From a virus (taxonomy: Duplodnaviria > Caudoviricetes): 64,000 nt of DNA. The notes beneath the pieces were generated by a model that was not told the DNA's origin, ran no database searches, and was given only the letters and a program-made list of their open reading frames with translations. The position numbers and the translations under genes are program-made. The DNA is taken from IMG/VR virus record IMGVR_UViG_3300042691_041259, positions 1 through 64,000 of that record. One strand, given 5' to 3'. Below, piece by piece: positions 17,267 through 26,021 of the stretch (positions are counted from its first letter, which is position 1; every line of letters starts with the position of its first letter).

Positions 17267-17509
17267 CTATGTTTTCTTACGCGTACCTTCTCTGTTCTCT
17301 CTCTTCAATAAAAAAAAGTATAAGCAGAAGAAGAGGATTGAGACGGAGTAAAAGATAAGATCTGTTACGAGAAATGAGTTGGTCAATTTCAGAACAAGAG
17401 CAAATAGTACGTCGAAACCAAGAGGGTTGAAGAACGTTGCTATTAGAAGTGCTATTGTTGAGGGTCGCGGACGGGGAAGGCTCAGTCTCTTGCGTGATTG
17501 TACTGTCAC
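17267..17509 (-). CDS. Small two-TM membrane protein (GTG start)
   Basis: TIALLIATFFNPLGFDVLFALVL...LIFYSVSILFFCLYFFLL; preferred over the overlapping 17277..17519 frame. Confidence 0.5.
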   Translation of the reverse strand: MTVQSRKRLSLPRPRPSTIALLIATFFNPLGFDVLFALVLKLTNSFLVTDLIFYSVSILFFCLYFFLLKRENREGTRKKT

Positions 17510-17576
17510 AGTTATCCATGTGGTATAATTTTTTAATTTGCCTAATTGCGGTTAACTTGGTTAATTAGACTATATA

Positions 17577-17891
17577 TCAAAAAACTTCACCGGACTGGAG
17601 ATAATTTAGCTCCCTGCGATACATACAAAGTCGGTAAGTCTGTTCACGAGTGAGTCGGCCCGCCTGAACTTTTATTTTAGCGCTTACCTCTTTTTTCAGA
17701 CCTTCAATGCTACTATAAACATTTTTCATCTTTTCTCGAGGAGTAAGATCATACAAATACTTTGATCCAATTTCAGCTGGATCAATGGCGTCTTCAACAA
17801 TTTCATTTTTGAGACTTGGAGTTTCATTATTGATGTAGTCCAAGAATTTTTGCAAAAGAGATTCTTTTTTTTCTACTGTTAGGTGTTTCAT
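17577..17891 (-). CDS. Hypothetical protein (104 aa)
   Basis: Directly downstream of the AAA ATPase gene. Confidence 0.55.
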   Translation of the reverse strand: MKHLTVEKKESLLQKFLDYINNETPSLKNEIVEDAIDPAEIGSKYLYDLTPREKMKNVYSSIEGLKKEVSAKIKVQAGRLTREQTYRLCMYRRELNYLQSGEVF

Positions 17892-17899
17892 ATAATTGA

Positions 17900-19300
17900 C
17901 TATTTGAATCCGATAGAATTACGTTTGCCTTCTTTATACTCGTGAGTGATTACGTTCTTGGCCTTGTTATTATTGTAAAACTCAGCCAGCGTAATAGGGT
18001 ATTTTCTTAGTTCAATGTCCGGAAGTTCCATACCTAAGGCGTTTGCCAGGTTTTCAGTCTGCAGCTCGTCCATTCTCTTAAATTCTTTTCGAGCAATCAA
18101 TCGGCCTGGGCGCAAGAGAGCGGGATCAATTTTGCTGATTTCAATGTTGAAAGTTGCAATTACCATCAGTCCAAGGATGTCATTAAGAATACCGTCGGTA
18201 ATGTTAAGCAAATTGCTAATACCAGTGCTTCGTCCATCAACACCACCACTACGGCTTTCAAGAAGTGGTTCGGCATCCTCAATCAGCAGAATACAATCCC
18301 GGTGTTCTCCCATAATCCAATCACTAATAAAGTTGATCATTGCAGGTTCTGCCAGAGATGCGGACACTGCGGGTGGCGAGTAGAGCACTGCCTTATCAGC
18401 TCCACAGAGTTCTTTTAACAAGTGACGTATGTACTGGGTCTTTCCCGTACCAGGATCTCCATGGAAAAGAACCAAGCCTTTGCTGTCCTCGTCCAAACGC
18501 TTCATTAGAGTATTATGGAATTCTTCAAATCCTTCTCCGTAATGAAGGTCAGGCAAAATAAAAGAAGTGTTAGCTTCTGATAGCGAAAACGATTTGATGT
18601 CGTAGCTTCCATTTCGTGTAACAATAATGCTTACTTCCGCGTCTTCATTTTTTCTGGGCTTTTCAATGCTTTCCAGAAATTTAATGAGATCCTCTATAGG
18701 TTCTGCATTCCAGAGTGGGCTGGTCCTGGCTGGTGTAAACATTGTGATGGAGTCAACTTTCATGGAGTCTCCTTCCGTCATTTTATAGTTTTTGTTAGGA
18801 GTTAACGAACCCGGAAAACTTTCAGTGTCAATCTTCTTGTAGTTCTTTTTTCTTTTTGAAGATTCCAAAGACCAGTCCGGCCACATTTCAATCATATACC
18901 CTGGAAGATCTTTATTGAGAAAAAAGATTTGAGTAAACCTCTCCATTTCTTTTGTTCTATAAGAGGAATTATTCCAGGCAATTGTCCAACCTTTGCTTGC
19001 AAGGTACTCAAAAACTTTTACATAGCTTGTTTCTCCTTCAGCAGTGACAATTTCCAATACCGATGGGTCTGGAAAATCTGGCCACATACCAAGGTAGCAT
19101 TGCATAGGATTTGCTGATTGCAGTGAACGCGGCTTACCGTATTCACGCAGCATACTTTTTTCTGATGAAATATGTCCATCATATATTAAGGGGTATTCTC
19201 CTTCCATCTCTTTTCTTAGATTAGCAAATTCGTTTTTTGAGTTAATGCCAAGTTCTTTGGCAAGCTCCTTTATTTCTTTTTCCTTTAATCTTTTTCCCAT
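17900..19300 (-). CDS. AAA-family ATPase
   Basis: Walker A FHGDPGTGKT, Walker B LLIEDAE, LLNITDG, and SRH IDPALLRPGRL. Confidence 0.9.
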   Translation of the reverse strand: MGKRLKEKEIKELAKELGINSKNEFANLRKEMEGEYPLIYDGHISSEKSMLREYGKPRSLQSANPMQCYLGMWPDFPDPSVLEIVTAEGETSYVKVFEYLASKGWTIAWNNSSYRTKEMERFTQIFFLNKDLPGYMIEMWPDWSLESSKRKKNYKKIDTESFPGSLTPNKNYKMTEGDSMKVDSITMFTPARTSPLWNAEPIEDLIKFLESIEKPRKNEDAEVSIIVTRNGSYDIKSFSLSEANTSFILPDLHYGEGFEEFHNTLMKRLDEDSKGLVLFHGDPGTGKTQYIRHLLKELCGADKAVLYSPPAVSASLAEPAMINFISDWIMGEHRDCILLIEDAEPLLESRSGGVDGRSTGISNLLNITDGILNDILGLMVIATFNIEISKIDPALLRPGRLIARKEFKRMDELQTENLANALGMELPDIELRKYPITLAEFYNNNKAKNVITHEYKEGKRNSIGFK

Positions 19301-19305
19301 GTTGT

Positions 19306-20280
19306 TTATATTCCGGCGCTTGTGATTGTTTTTTCCGTGTTAACAACAATTTGTGGTCGTGGTCCGCTCTTCCAGTATTCCAACACCGATTGTTCCTTGG
19401 CCTTTGATTCACACATAAACCAGCCGCCTGTGCCCCAGTCCTCTAGTTCATTGTAGATGTAGTCGGCATGCGCCACTGATTTAGCGCCTGAGTTTTCATA
19501 CAGCTTCATGGACGAAGACCAGTGAATGACAAGCGGAGCGTCCTTCCATGTAGAGGAGGCAAGGTTTGCTGCTTCATAAGCGCTAAGGCCACCGGTACAG
19601 AAAGTGTGGTGAAAGATATCAAAAGTAATAGGGACACCTACCTTACAGTGTACCCGATCATAGAGTTCTTTTACGCTGTACATGTTGGCCTTGTCGTCGT
19701 TTTCCACCACCACGCGCTTGCGGCAATTCTCCGATAGCTTAAGGAAGTTACTACACCAACGCTCGGTTGCTTGTTCTTTGTCTCCATATGCTCCACCAAT
19801 GTGAATGTTCAGCGGATTCCAATGGCTGGGTTCAAATCCCATTTCGTCAAAGATTCGGCTGTGCTGTTCAAGGTCACGGATGGACTTGACAACTGTGCTA
19901 GGGTTTGGCGACGCCAGAATTGTAAAGTGACTTGGATGAAATTCCAATCGTTGGCCAGTCCCGCCTGCTCGTGTGGCTGCTTTACCGATTCGTCGAAGAA
20001 CCACCTTAATTTCTTCCCAATCAGGTAGGTCTTCAAATTCATACTCAGTCATCCATGGAAAGAGTCCTGAGGAAATACGGTAGAATTTGAAACCGTTCTG
20101 TTCATTCCAATGGACAATCCGCTCCAGGTCCTGGACATTGGCAAGTGCCAGCTTGCTGATGTGAGCCAGGCCTTTAGTTTCATAGGTCCGTTTGATAGCA
20201 TCACGGTTGGTCATGATTCCCTGTGAAGCCAAGGATGTGTTGATGCAGGCATAGCCTATGCGCTGTTCGTATGGAATCAT
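19306..20280 (-). CDS. uvsE: UV-damage endonuclease UvsE/UVDE
   Basis: IGYACIN, FYRISS.LFP, HPSHFTILAS, LNIHIGGAYGDK, VVENDDK, FDIFHH, HADY, CESKAKE. Confidence 0.93.
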   Translation of the reverse strand: MIPYEQRIGYACINTSLASQGIMTNRDAIKRTYETKGLAHISKLALANVQDLERIVHWNEQNGFKFYRISSGLFPWMTEYEFEDLPDWEEIKVVLRRIGKAATRAGGTGQRLEFHPSHFTILASPNPSTVVKSIRDLEQHSRIFDEMGFEPSHWNPLNIHIGGAYGDKEQATERWCSNFLKLSENCRKRVVVENDDKANMYSVKELYDRVHCKVGVPITFDIFHHTFCTGGLSAYEAANLASSTWKDAPLVIHWSSSMKLYENSGAKSVAHADYIYNELEDWGTGGWFMCESKAKEQSVLEYWKSGPRPQIVVNTEKTITSAGI

Positions 20281-20585
20281 ATGAGCGTACAGATTGGAAT
20301 GTTTACAAAACCCGAGTTTACATATCGGTGAGGCTCCTGGACAATCCCGTTTTTTACCAGGAAGTCAAGCATTCCCACGTTCTCGGAATAGTCTTTGACA
20401 GCGACCTCGTTCTCCGCAAGTCCCTCAATCCAGGTAGTTGCTGTTGCAAACGGAAACCCGTCCTCAGCATCGTTAAGCTGGATGGCAGTACCGCCGTTTC
20501 GATATTCGGCTTTGGATACCGTAACTTGGTATTCCTTTTGAAATAATTTGTAGGTCATAGAGTGACCACTGGTGTTATCTGACAT
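20277..20585 (-). CDS. Hypothetical protein (102 aa)
   Basis: Follows a class I element; ATGA overlap with uvsE. Confidence 0.65.
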   Translation of the reverse strand: MSDNTSGHSMTYKLFQKEYQVTVSKAEYRNGGTAIQLNDAEDGFPFATATTWIEGLAENEVAVKDYSENVGMLDFLVKNGIVQEPHRYVNSGFVNIPICTLI

Positions 20586-20611
20586 TTTGTATATAGTTTA
20601 CTATTTAATAA

Positions 20612-20670
20612 GTATAAAAGTAATACAAAGAACCCAGAGAAAAAAATCTCTGGGCCTTTAGTTATTAACA
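20612..20670 (-). promoter_or_regulatory. Class I element with internal inverted repeat
   Basis: TGTTAATAACT-N33-GTATTACTTTTATAC; cccagaga/tctctggg in the spacer, as at 1858. Confidence 0.75.
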
Positions 20671-20674
20671 TTAT

Positions 20675-20974
20675 TTAATTTGGGCAAGGATCCCATGGTG
20701 GGTACCGATCCGTACCAGAATTTTCTACATATTGGATGCTAGTTCCAAACGGACTAACAAGTTCCACAAATGTAGGAGTTCCGGTATAAGTGCAAATTGA
20801 AATTTCTCGTGAAGCGGGTTTCATGTCAAGTAAGATCTGCCGGTTCTCTCCAAGCACTTTTAACTTTATGTCCTCAATTGAGAGGTCATCATTGATTTTT
20901 ACGATAACGCAATTCTTGGCAGTAGCTGTTGCGCTCCAGTCTGTTGATAGAGGTTTAACGTGCATTGCTTTCAT
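20675..20974 (-). CDS. Hypothetical protein (99 aa)
   Basis: Overlaps the 3' end of smpB. Confidence 0.5.
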   Translation of the reverse strand: MKAMHVKPLSTDWSATATAKNCVIVKINDDLSIEDIKLKVLGENRQILLDMKPASREISICTYTGTPTFVELVSPFGTSIQYVENSGTDRYPPWDPCPN

Positions 20975-21395
20975 ATCTTATTTCTCTTTGTGCTTCGCGT
21001 TTCTTAGCGTCTTCCCGTTTATCATAGTCTTTCTTTCCGCGGGCAAGCGCGATGCAGAATTTTATGCGGCCTTTTACTGATTTGATGTGTGTAACTATAA
21101 TGGTCGTACCGCTGACCAAGTTTTTCTGTAAGCTATTAAGCTGGTGCCGATGCAGTAAGAGTTTTCTTAGCCGCTGTGGCTCATGTACATAGTTTTGATC
21201 TACTGGGGTGACTGTCATGGACTTAAGCCAAAGCTCGCCTTTGTCAAAATAGCAATACGCGTCCACCAAAGACACTTTTCCTACTTTAATGCTTTTTACT
21301 TCGCTACCAAGGAGAGCTGCTCCAGCCTCATATTCTTCCAGGAAATGGTAGTCGTGACGAGCTTTTCGATTCTGTATGTTGACTGCTTTTTCCAT
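20955..21395 (-). CDS. smpB: SsrA-binding protein SmpB
   Basis: Start moved to MEKAVNIQNRKARHDY; YEAG..LLGSEVKS, RLRKLLLHR, ALARGKKDYDKR tail. Confidence 0.95.
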   Translation of the reverse strand: MEKAVNIQNRKARHDYHFLEEYEAGAALLGSEVKSIKVGKVSLVDAYCYFDKGELWLKSMTVTPVDQNYVHEPQRLRKLLLHRHQLNSLQKNLVSGTTIIVTHIKSVKGRIKFCIALARGKKDYDKREDAKKREAQREIRYESNAR

Positions 21396-21415
21396 AGACC
21401 GTATTAAAATTGTTA

Positions 21416-21474
21416 GTATAAAAATAATACAAAAAGTCCGCAAAAGAAAATTTTTTGCTAAAAAGTTGTTAACA
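21416..21474 (-). promoter_or_regulatory. Class I element upstream of smpB
   Basis: TGTTAACAACT-N33-GTATTATTTTTATAC. Confidence 0.75.
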
Positions 21475-21560
21475 TAGAAAACTTTTTTCCAGAGGTGTAT
21501 AAAAAGAGTATCAGAAGAGCGAGGAGTTAGACTTACTTAAGAGCACACTAGGCTTAAAGA

Positions 21561-22022
21561 TTACTCCGCCATGCGACGGCTTTCTGCCAGCCAGGTTTCA
21601 TAGCTCAGAACTCGCAGAGACTCATTGCTAATTTTAGGAACCACTTTGTTTACGTCAATTCCACCGGTGGCTTCAACCTCTTCGCCGTGCTCAATATATT
21701 TGAGAGCTGATGATGGATCGATTAGCACCTCTTCGCCTTCGTCAGTTAAGATCTTATAGGAGACAATTTCTCCATTCTGACGATTGATTTGTAAGACTTT
21801 CCCTTTCACAGACTTGTCGCTATTCACAACATCACCTTTAACAGCGTTACCAACTTTAATTGAGTTGATCTCTGCTGAGCCGTTCTTGGCAAAAGGCTTT
21901 TGTTCGAGCCTACCGTCTACCGGAAGAATCTGTACTTTAAATGCAGGATTGTTGGCAACCAATGGAGTCATTAGCGACCCGTTACCACTACCTACGTTTC
22001 TATTGGATATCGTTATTGGCAT
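21561..22022 (-). CDS. Hypothetical protein (153 aa)
   Basis: Preceded by GATAAATA at 22035-22042 (class III-like). Confidence 0.6.
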   Translation of the reverse strand: MPITISNRNVGSGNGSLMTPLVANNPAFKVQILPVDGRLEQKPFAKNGSAEINSIKVGNAVKGDVVNSDKSVKGKVLQINRQNGEIVSYKILTDEGEEVLIDPSSALKYIEHGEEVEATGGIDVNKVVPKISNESLRVLSYETWLAESRRMAE

Positions 22023-22446
22023 CTTTGTTCCTATTATTTATCTCATCCCGAAGTTGCGCAGCGTACTCATAGTTCTCACTTTGAAGAGCTTTTTCTAACG
22101 CAACTTTAAGTTCCTCACAAGAGGTTGTAATTTCGGTTGACTGGGAATCTTCAAAAGAAAAATCCGCCAACCTAAAAATAACTCGCACATCCCCGGTTGC
22201 TTCGCGATCCCAAAAGATCACCCAACTGCCATAAGAAATGTAGTCCAGATTTTCATCAACCATGTGCTGAAAAATTGAGCTCAACTCAGACTTCAGTTCC
22301 GGTATTGTAGGCGTTTTGTAAACGATTTCTTTGTCGACTTTGTATTCCCATCTTATTCCAAGCTTTGCATGGTAAGTTTTAATTTTTCTCCAGTCAATTG
22401 ACTCGAGAACTCTGCTAATGGCCTTGTTGCAATTTTTCATGGCCAA
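22000..22446 (-). CDS. Hypothetical protein with C-terminal UVR (UvrB/UvrC) motif
   Basis: LKVALEKALQSENYEYAAQLRDEIN. Confidence 0.7.
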   Translation of the reverse strand: MAMKNCNKAISRVLESIDWRKIKTYHAKLGIRWEYKVDKEIVYKTPTIPELKSELSSIFQHMVDENLDYISYGSWVIFWDREATGDVRVIFRLADFSFEDSQSTEITTSCEELKVALEKALQSENYEYAAQLRDEINNRNKDANNDIQ

Positions 22447-22464
22447 ACCGTTATTTTAAGTTGC

Positions 22465-22968
22465 TCAGTTGGGAGCGTATCCTAAGAAGGCACCAGATAC
22501 TACATTTGTAATCACACCAATTTGAAAGTAGTAAACTGCCCCAAGGACCAATACTCCATCGGGTATTGATACAAGAGTACCTGCTGTATCATAAAACTCC
22601 AGGGTTGTATCCGTTGCATCTACACAAACAATTGCCTGAATCGCCTGGTCTTGACCTGCACAAGGCTTTGCCTTGTCGTAGTACACAAAATTTGCTTTGG
22701 GAGAATTGTACGTTAGCGGAAACACACCTTCACCGGTTTGAAAATTGATAGTTCCCGCGGCTGCTGATGTTATGGTGTTTTCAGCAGCCACCCCGCCTCC
22801 AACCACCGCAGGGTTTGCAATTCCCGCAATTGCAGAAACCACGCTAGGCGCTACATTTACAATCGAATTATTTCCAATAACTAAATCTCCTATGAATGAG
22901 ATTGGTGGGTTTGATGAAGGCCGAAAGTCTCCGTTTACTAAAGGCCAAAATTTCTTTCCTATTACCAT
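22465..22968 (-). CDS. Putative virion/structural protein, paralogue of 22983..23690
   Basis: Shared N-terminus M.IG.KFWPL..GD.RPSSNPPISFIG and shared QDQAI / GAVYYFQIG C-terminus. Confidence 0.7.
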   Translation of the reverse strand: MVIGKKFWPLVNGDFRPSSNPPISFIGDLVIGNNSIVNVAPSVVSAIAGIANPAVVGGGVAAENTITSAAAGTINFQTGEGVFPLTYNSPKANFVYYDKAKPCAGQDQAIQAIVCVDATDTTLEFYDTAGTLVSIPDGVLVLGAVYYFQIGVITNVVSGAFLGYAPN

Positions 22969-22982
22969 GTGTTTTTTCGTTT

Positions 22983-23690
22983 TTAGTAAGGCGCATAACC
23001 TATGTAATCGCCAGGAGTCGCTACCGTTACATCACCAATTTGAAAATAGTAGACTGCTCCAGGTACAAGCGTGCTAGCCGGGAATACTACCGTGGTTCCT
23101 GAAACATCAATAAATTCAAGAGCCCCGCTATTGAGGCAAAGCACGGCCGCAATTGCCTGATCTTGCGCCGCGGCTGGAAACCTGCGATCATAATATATGA
23201 AATTTGCTTGAGGATTTACACCTGGCATAGGATCAGTAAGCGTTACGCTGCCACCTTCAACCTCAACTGTATAGCTGGATCCGGCAGCCGTTGCTGTTGC
23301 ATTGGCCGATAGAGTTACTGTAAGCAGAATAGGATCTATGGCTAAGATGGTAGTAGCCAACGGTATTCCCGGTCCTGTGATAGCGCTACCAATGCTTACA
23401 GATGTAGCAATACCACTAACATTGCTGATTGTATCGCTGCCATTATTGGAATCCCCGGTAAACGATGTAGTGTTTTGAGTCAGAGCAGTTACCAAGTTAT
23501 TTGCTGCAAATCCCGAGCCAACAACAGCTAAATTGATTGCGCCAATGGTATTCATATTGGCAAACGCACTTTGAGATATTCCGCTGATTGTGTCAGTTCC
23601 GTTTGTCGTTCCTATAAAGCTTATAGGTGGATTTGATGAAGGCCTATAGTCTCCTACCTCAAGTGGCCAGAATTTTCTTCCTATTATCAT
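22983..23690 (-). CDS. Putative virion/structural protein, paralogue with an inserted beta-repeat
   Basis: As above, plus the insert GSDTISNVS...GSAITGPGIPLATTILAI...VTLSANATAT. Confidence 0.7.
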   Translation of the reverse strand: MIIGRKFWPLEVGDYRPSSNPPISFIGTTNGTDTISGISQSAFANMNTIGAINLAVVGSGFAANNLVTALTQNTTSFTGDSNNGSDTISNVSGIATSVSIGSAITGPGIPLATTILAIDPILLTVTLSANATATAAGSSYTVEVEGGSVTLTDPMPGVNPQANFIYYDRRFPAAAQDQAIAAVLCLNSGALEFIDVSGTTVVFPASTLVPGAVYYFQIGDVTVATPGDYIGYAPY

Positions 23691-23707
23691 TGTGCTATAC
23701 TTTTGTT

Positions 23708-24868
23708 TTAACTAACAATAATCGCCACAAATGGGATATCATAGTTTTGTGTATTGTGAATCCACACAGTATCTGTGTAGAAATAGTCCGTATCATAAAC
23801 GTCTTGTCCTCCGCTAATAAAGAGCATTTCACCAGCGGTTTTCCAATCAATGGCAGCTGGCGCGTATTTCTTAATCAGCTGATCCGTTCCGGAGCCTGTT
23901 CCAACTCCTTGCTTATCCACTGTGATGTTATACCCATCAATTGCTGTTACGTATGTGTATGGGTTGTCAGTTACTGCATCGATAGTTACCATATCACCTA
24001 CTTCTAGATGGTAAGCTGCAGAATTGCCTGCTGTAAGCCACTGAAAAGTTTGTGTTCCATCAAGATTCTGTTGACCAGGATCTGCAGCATCCGCATTTAC
24101 TATTATGCCTGTGAGATTAGCTCCATCCTGCTTTTTTGTATAATCATTGTTCCATGCCCATTTGAAGTTCTTTACGTTTGATAGCAAATCTCCTGAAGGA
24201 TCGGTACAACAATTACAGCTACATGTTTTTGAATCCACTCTTGCATAGTCCGCATAGAGAAAAATTGCACGGACCCTGCCTTCTGGATATTTATAGTCTC
24301 CTTGCACCAAGTTTCCTGGATGCTCATACGGTCCAGTGGCTGCGCCTGTAGAATCGTATTCCAGAATGTATTTGTATTTTGTACCTTTGGTCTTTGCTGA
24401 TACTGTAACTTCGGAAAGCTCGTTATCGCTGTACTCCGCAGTAATTAAAGCAGCTAAATCCACGTTTGCTGTTAATTCAGTAGCAAACGCCGTAGGGAAA
24501 TCCGCGTATGCTTCAACCAAAGCGTCTACTGTAAATGTGATTTGCTCGAGTTGCACACCATCTTCATCATACATTGTAAAAATGTGTGATGTGCCATCAG
24601 TAACGCCGGCATCTGTGTAGATGAATTGGTACTGCTCGTTAAGTTCCCAGTAAGCTGCAATTCCAGCAATATCAAGTTTCTTTATCTTACCCGACTTTAC
24701 TGTGAATTTTACCTCGGAGTAATTTGTTAATGGAATGAAAAAATTGCTTAGGTCAAATGCAAACATTGTGGTAATACCTTTTACCACACCCAATTTTTTA
24801 CACTCGGTAAAACGGAGTGCAAGAATGCTATAATCAGGAGGACATACTAGTTTGGGTTTTACTGACAT
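23708..24868 (-). CDS. Hypothetical, probably virion-associated protein (386 aa)
   Basis: Acidic and beta-rich, typical of structural proteins; no family recognised. Confidence 0.6.
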   Translation of the reverse strand: MSVKPKLVCPPDYSILALRFTECKKLGVVKGITTMFAFDLSNFFIPLTNYSEVKFTVKSGKIKKLDIAGIAAYWELNEQYQFIYTDAGVTDGTSHIFTMYDEDGVQLEQITFTVDALVEAYADFPTAFATELTANVDLAALITAEYSDNELSEVTVSAKTKGTKYKYILEYDSTGAATGPYEHPGNLVQGDYKYPEGRVRAIFLYADYARVDSKTCSCNCCTDPSGDLLSNVKNFKWAWNNDYTKKQDGANLTGIIVNADAADPGQQNLDGTQTFQWLTAGNSAAYHLEVGDMVTIDAVTDNPYTYVTAIDGYNITVDKQGVGTGSGTDQLIKKYAPAAIDWKTAGEMLFISGGQDVYDTDYFYTDTVWIHNTQNYDIPFVAIIVS

Positions 24869-24878
24869 CTCGTATAAG

Positions 24879-25610
24879 TTAGTTTACACCAGGCATTACC
24901 TGGGGGTTGCCGGGTCTTCTTCTCGGCTTATTTTGAGGAGCTTCCACAATTGGCTCTATTTTTTCTACAGGCTTTATCTTAGGCTCTTTCTTTTTTCTTG
25001 GTTTCTTTTTTAGAGAATCCGTAGGATTTTTTAGAGGCTGCTGTATTTCTTCTGTCACCACTGGAAGATCTGGTTCTTCTAATGTAAAGACAATCTCAGG
25101 TTGCTTTTCTACCGCTTTCGGTTCTTCCGGTTTGGTTTCTATTACAACCTTTTGGGGAGTCTCCTCATTTTTTAATTCATTAGGACGTATGTAGTCCACC
25201 AATGACTTAATAAAGCCAAGAGCAATCAGAGGGAGAATTGCACCGCTAATAATTGATAGCACTCTCTTTTGGTAAATTAGCTCTTCCTCGTTTAAACCAA
25301 AAAGTTCAACCCACCCTTGGAAATCATGTAGATGCGTATATGCATAGAAAGTATTTCCCATCATCTGCATACATGCAAGAATAATAAAGACTCCCCATAC
25401 CATCCATTTTGACATTTTCTTTAGAGCAATCAAGGCTGCAAGTGAAGCAGCGGCTCCTATTTCAAAGGCAATAGCAAGAGATATTGCAAGCCAATCCGGA
25501 TTGCTTAGTTTAAAAAAGTCAATTACGTGAATTGTAGATATAAGACTAACTACAATGTATAGTGACACAAATGTACCTATTATGAATCCGTTTGTAATTT
25601 TGTTATTCAT
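24879..25610 (-). CDS. Multi-pass membrane protein with a low-complexity charged C-terminal tail
   Basis: About four hydrophobic segments followed by a P/E/K-rich tail; class III motif at 25637. Confidence 0.7.
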   Translation of the reverse strand: MNNKITNGFIIGTFVSLYIVVSLISTIHVIDFFKLSNPDWLAISLAIAFEIGAAASLAALIALKKMSKWMVWGVFIILACMQMMGNTFYAYTHLHDFQGWVELFGLNEEELIYQKRVLSIISGAILPLIALGFIKSLVDYIRPNELKNEETPQKVVIETKPEEPKAVEKQPEIVFTLEEPDLPVVTEEIQQPLKNPTDSLKKKPRKKKEPKIKPVEKIEPIVEAPQNKPRRRPGNPQVMPGVN

Positions 25611-25636
25611 CTAATCAAAAGTTTATTACATTCTAA

Positions 25637-25645
25637 CTATATATC
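25637..25645 (-). promoter_or_regulatory. Class III promoter GATATATAG
   Basis: Exact 9-mer just after a terminator. Confidence 0.6.
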
Positions 25646-25652
25646 CACACAT

Positions 25653-25680
25653 AAAAAAGGAGAGGACCTAAGTCCTCTCC
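25653..25680 (-). terminator. Intrinsic terminator
   Basis: ggagaggac-ctaa-gtcctctcc 9-bp stem with a minus-strand T-tract. Confidence 0.85.
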
Positions 25681-25709
25681 TGAGATGTCGCAAAAAGATG
25701 TGAGATGGC

Positions 25710-26021
25710 TTACTTTTCGAGCGACTTGATCTCTTGATCGTATTCATTCATACGATCGTCTGGCCGAACTGCAGTTCTCACTACAGCATTCCAATCATAA
25801 AGAGTTCTTTTTGAAGAACGAAGACCTTCTATTTTGGTAAGACGTTGAACATCCTCAGTTGTTGGTCTTTGCGAAACCACCACCTGTAGGCTGTCTACTT
25901 CGTTCTTTAGACGAGTAATTTTTTTGCTGGTTGAGCAGCTATTACAAGTACTCAGCGTTGTCATCAACAGGATAACAACCAACAAAATTATTGGAGCCTT
26001 TGGATTATTGAGCAGGTTCAT
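25710..26021 (-). CDS. Membrane-anchored or lipoprotein coiled-coil protein (spanin-like architecture)
   Basis: N-terminal hydrophobic helix, LSTCNSCS, then a coiled coil; function inferred only. Confidence 0.5.
   Translation of the reverse strand: MNLLNNPKAPIILLVVILLMTTLSTCNSCSTSKKITRLKNEVDSLQVVVSQRPTTEDVQRLTKIEGLRSSKRTLYDWNAVVRTAVRPDDRMNEYDQEIKSLEK

Noticed and set aside
20586-21560. tmRNA or tRNA next to smpB
   Set aside because: The gaps are short and occupied by promoter elements; no acceptor stem, T-loop or CCA end seen.
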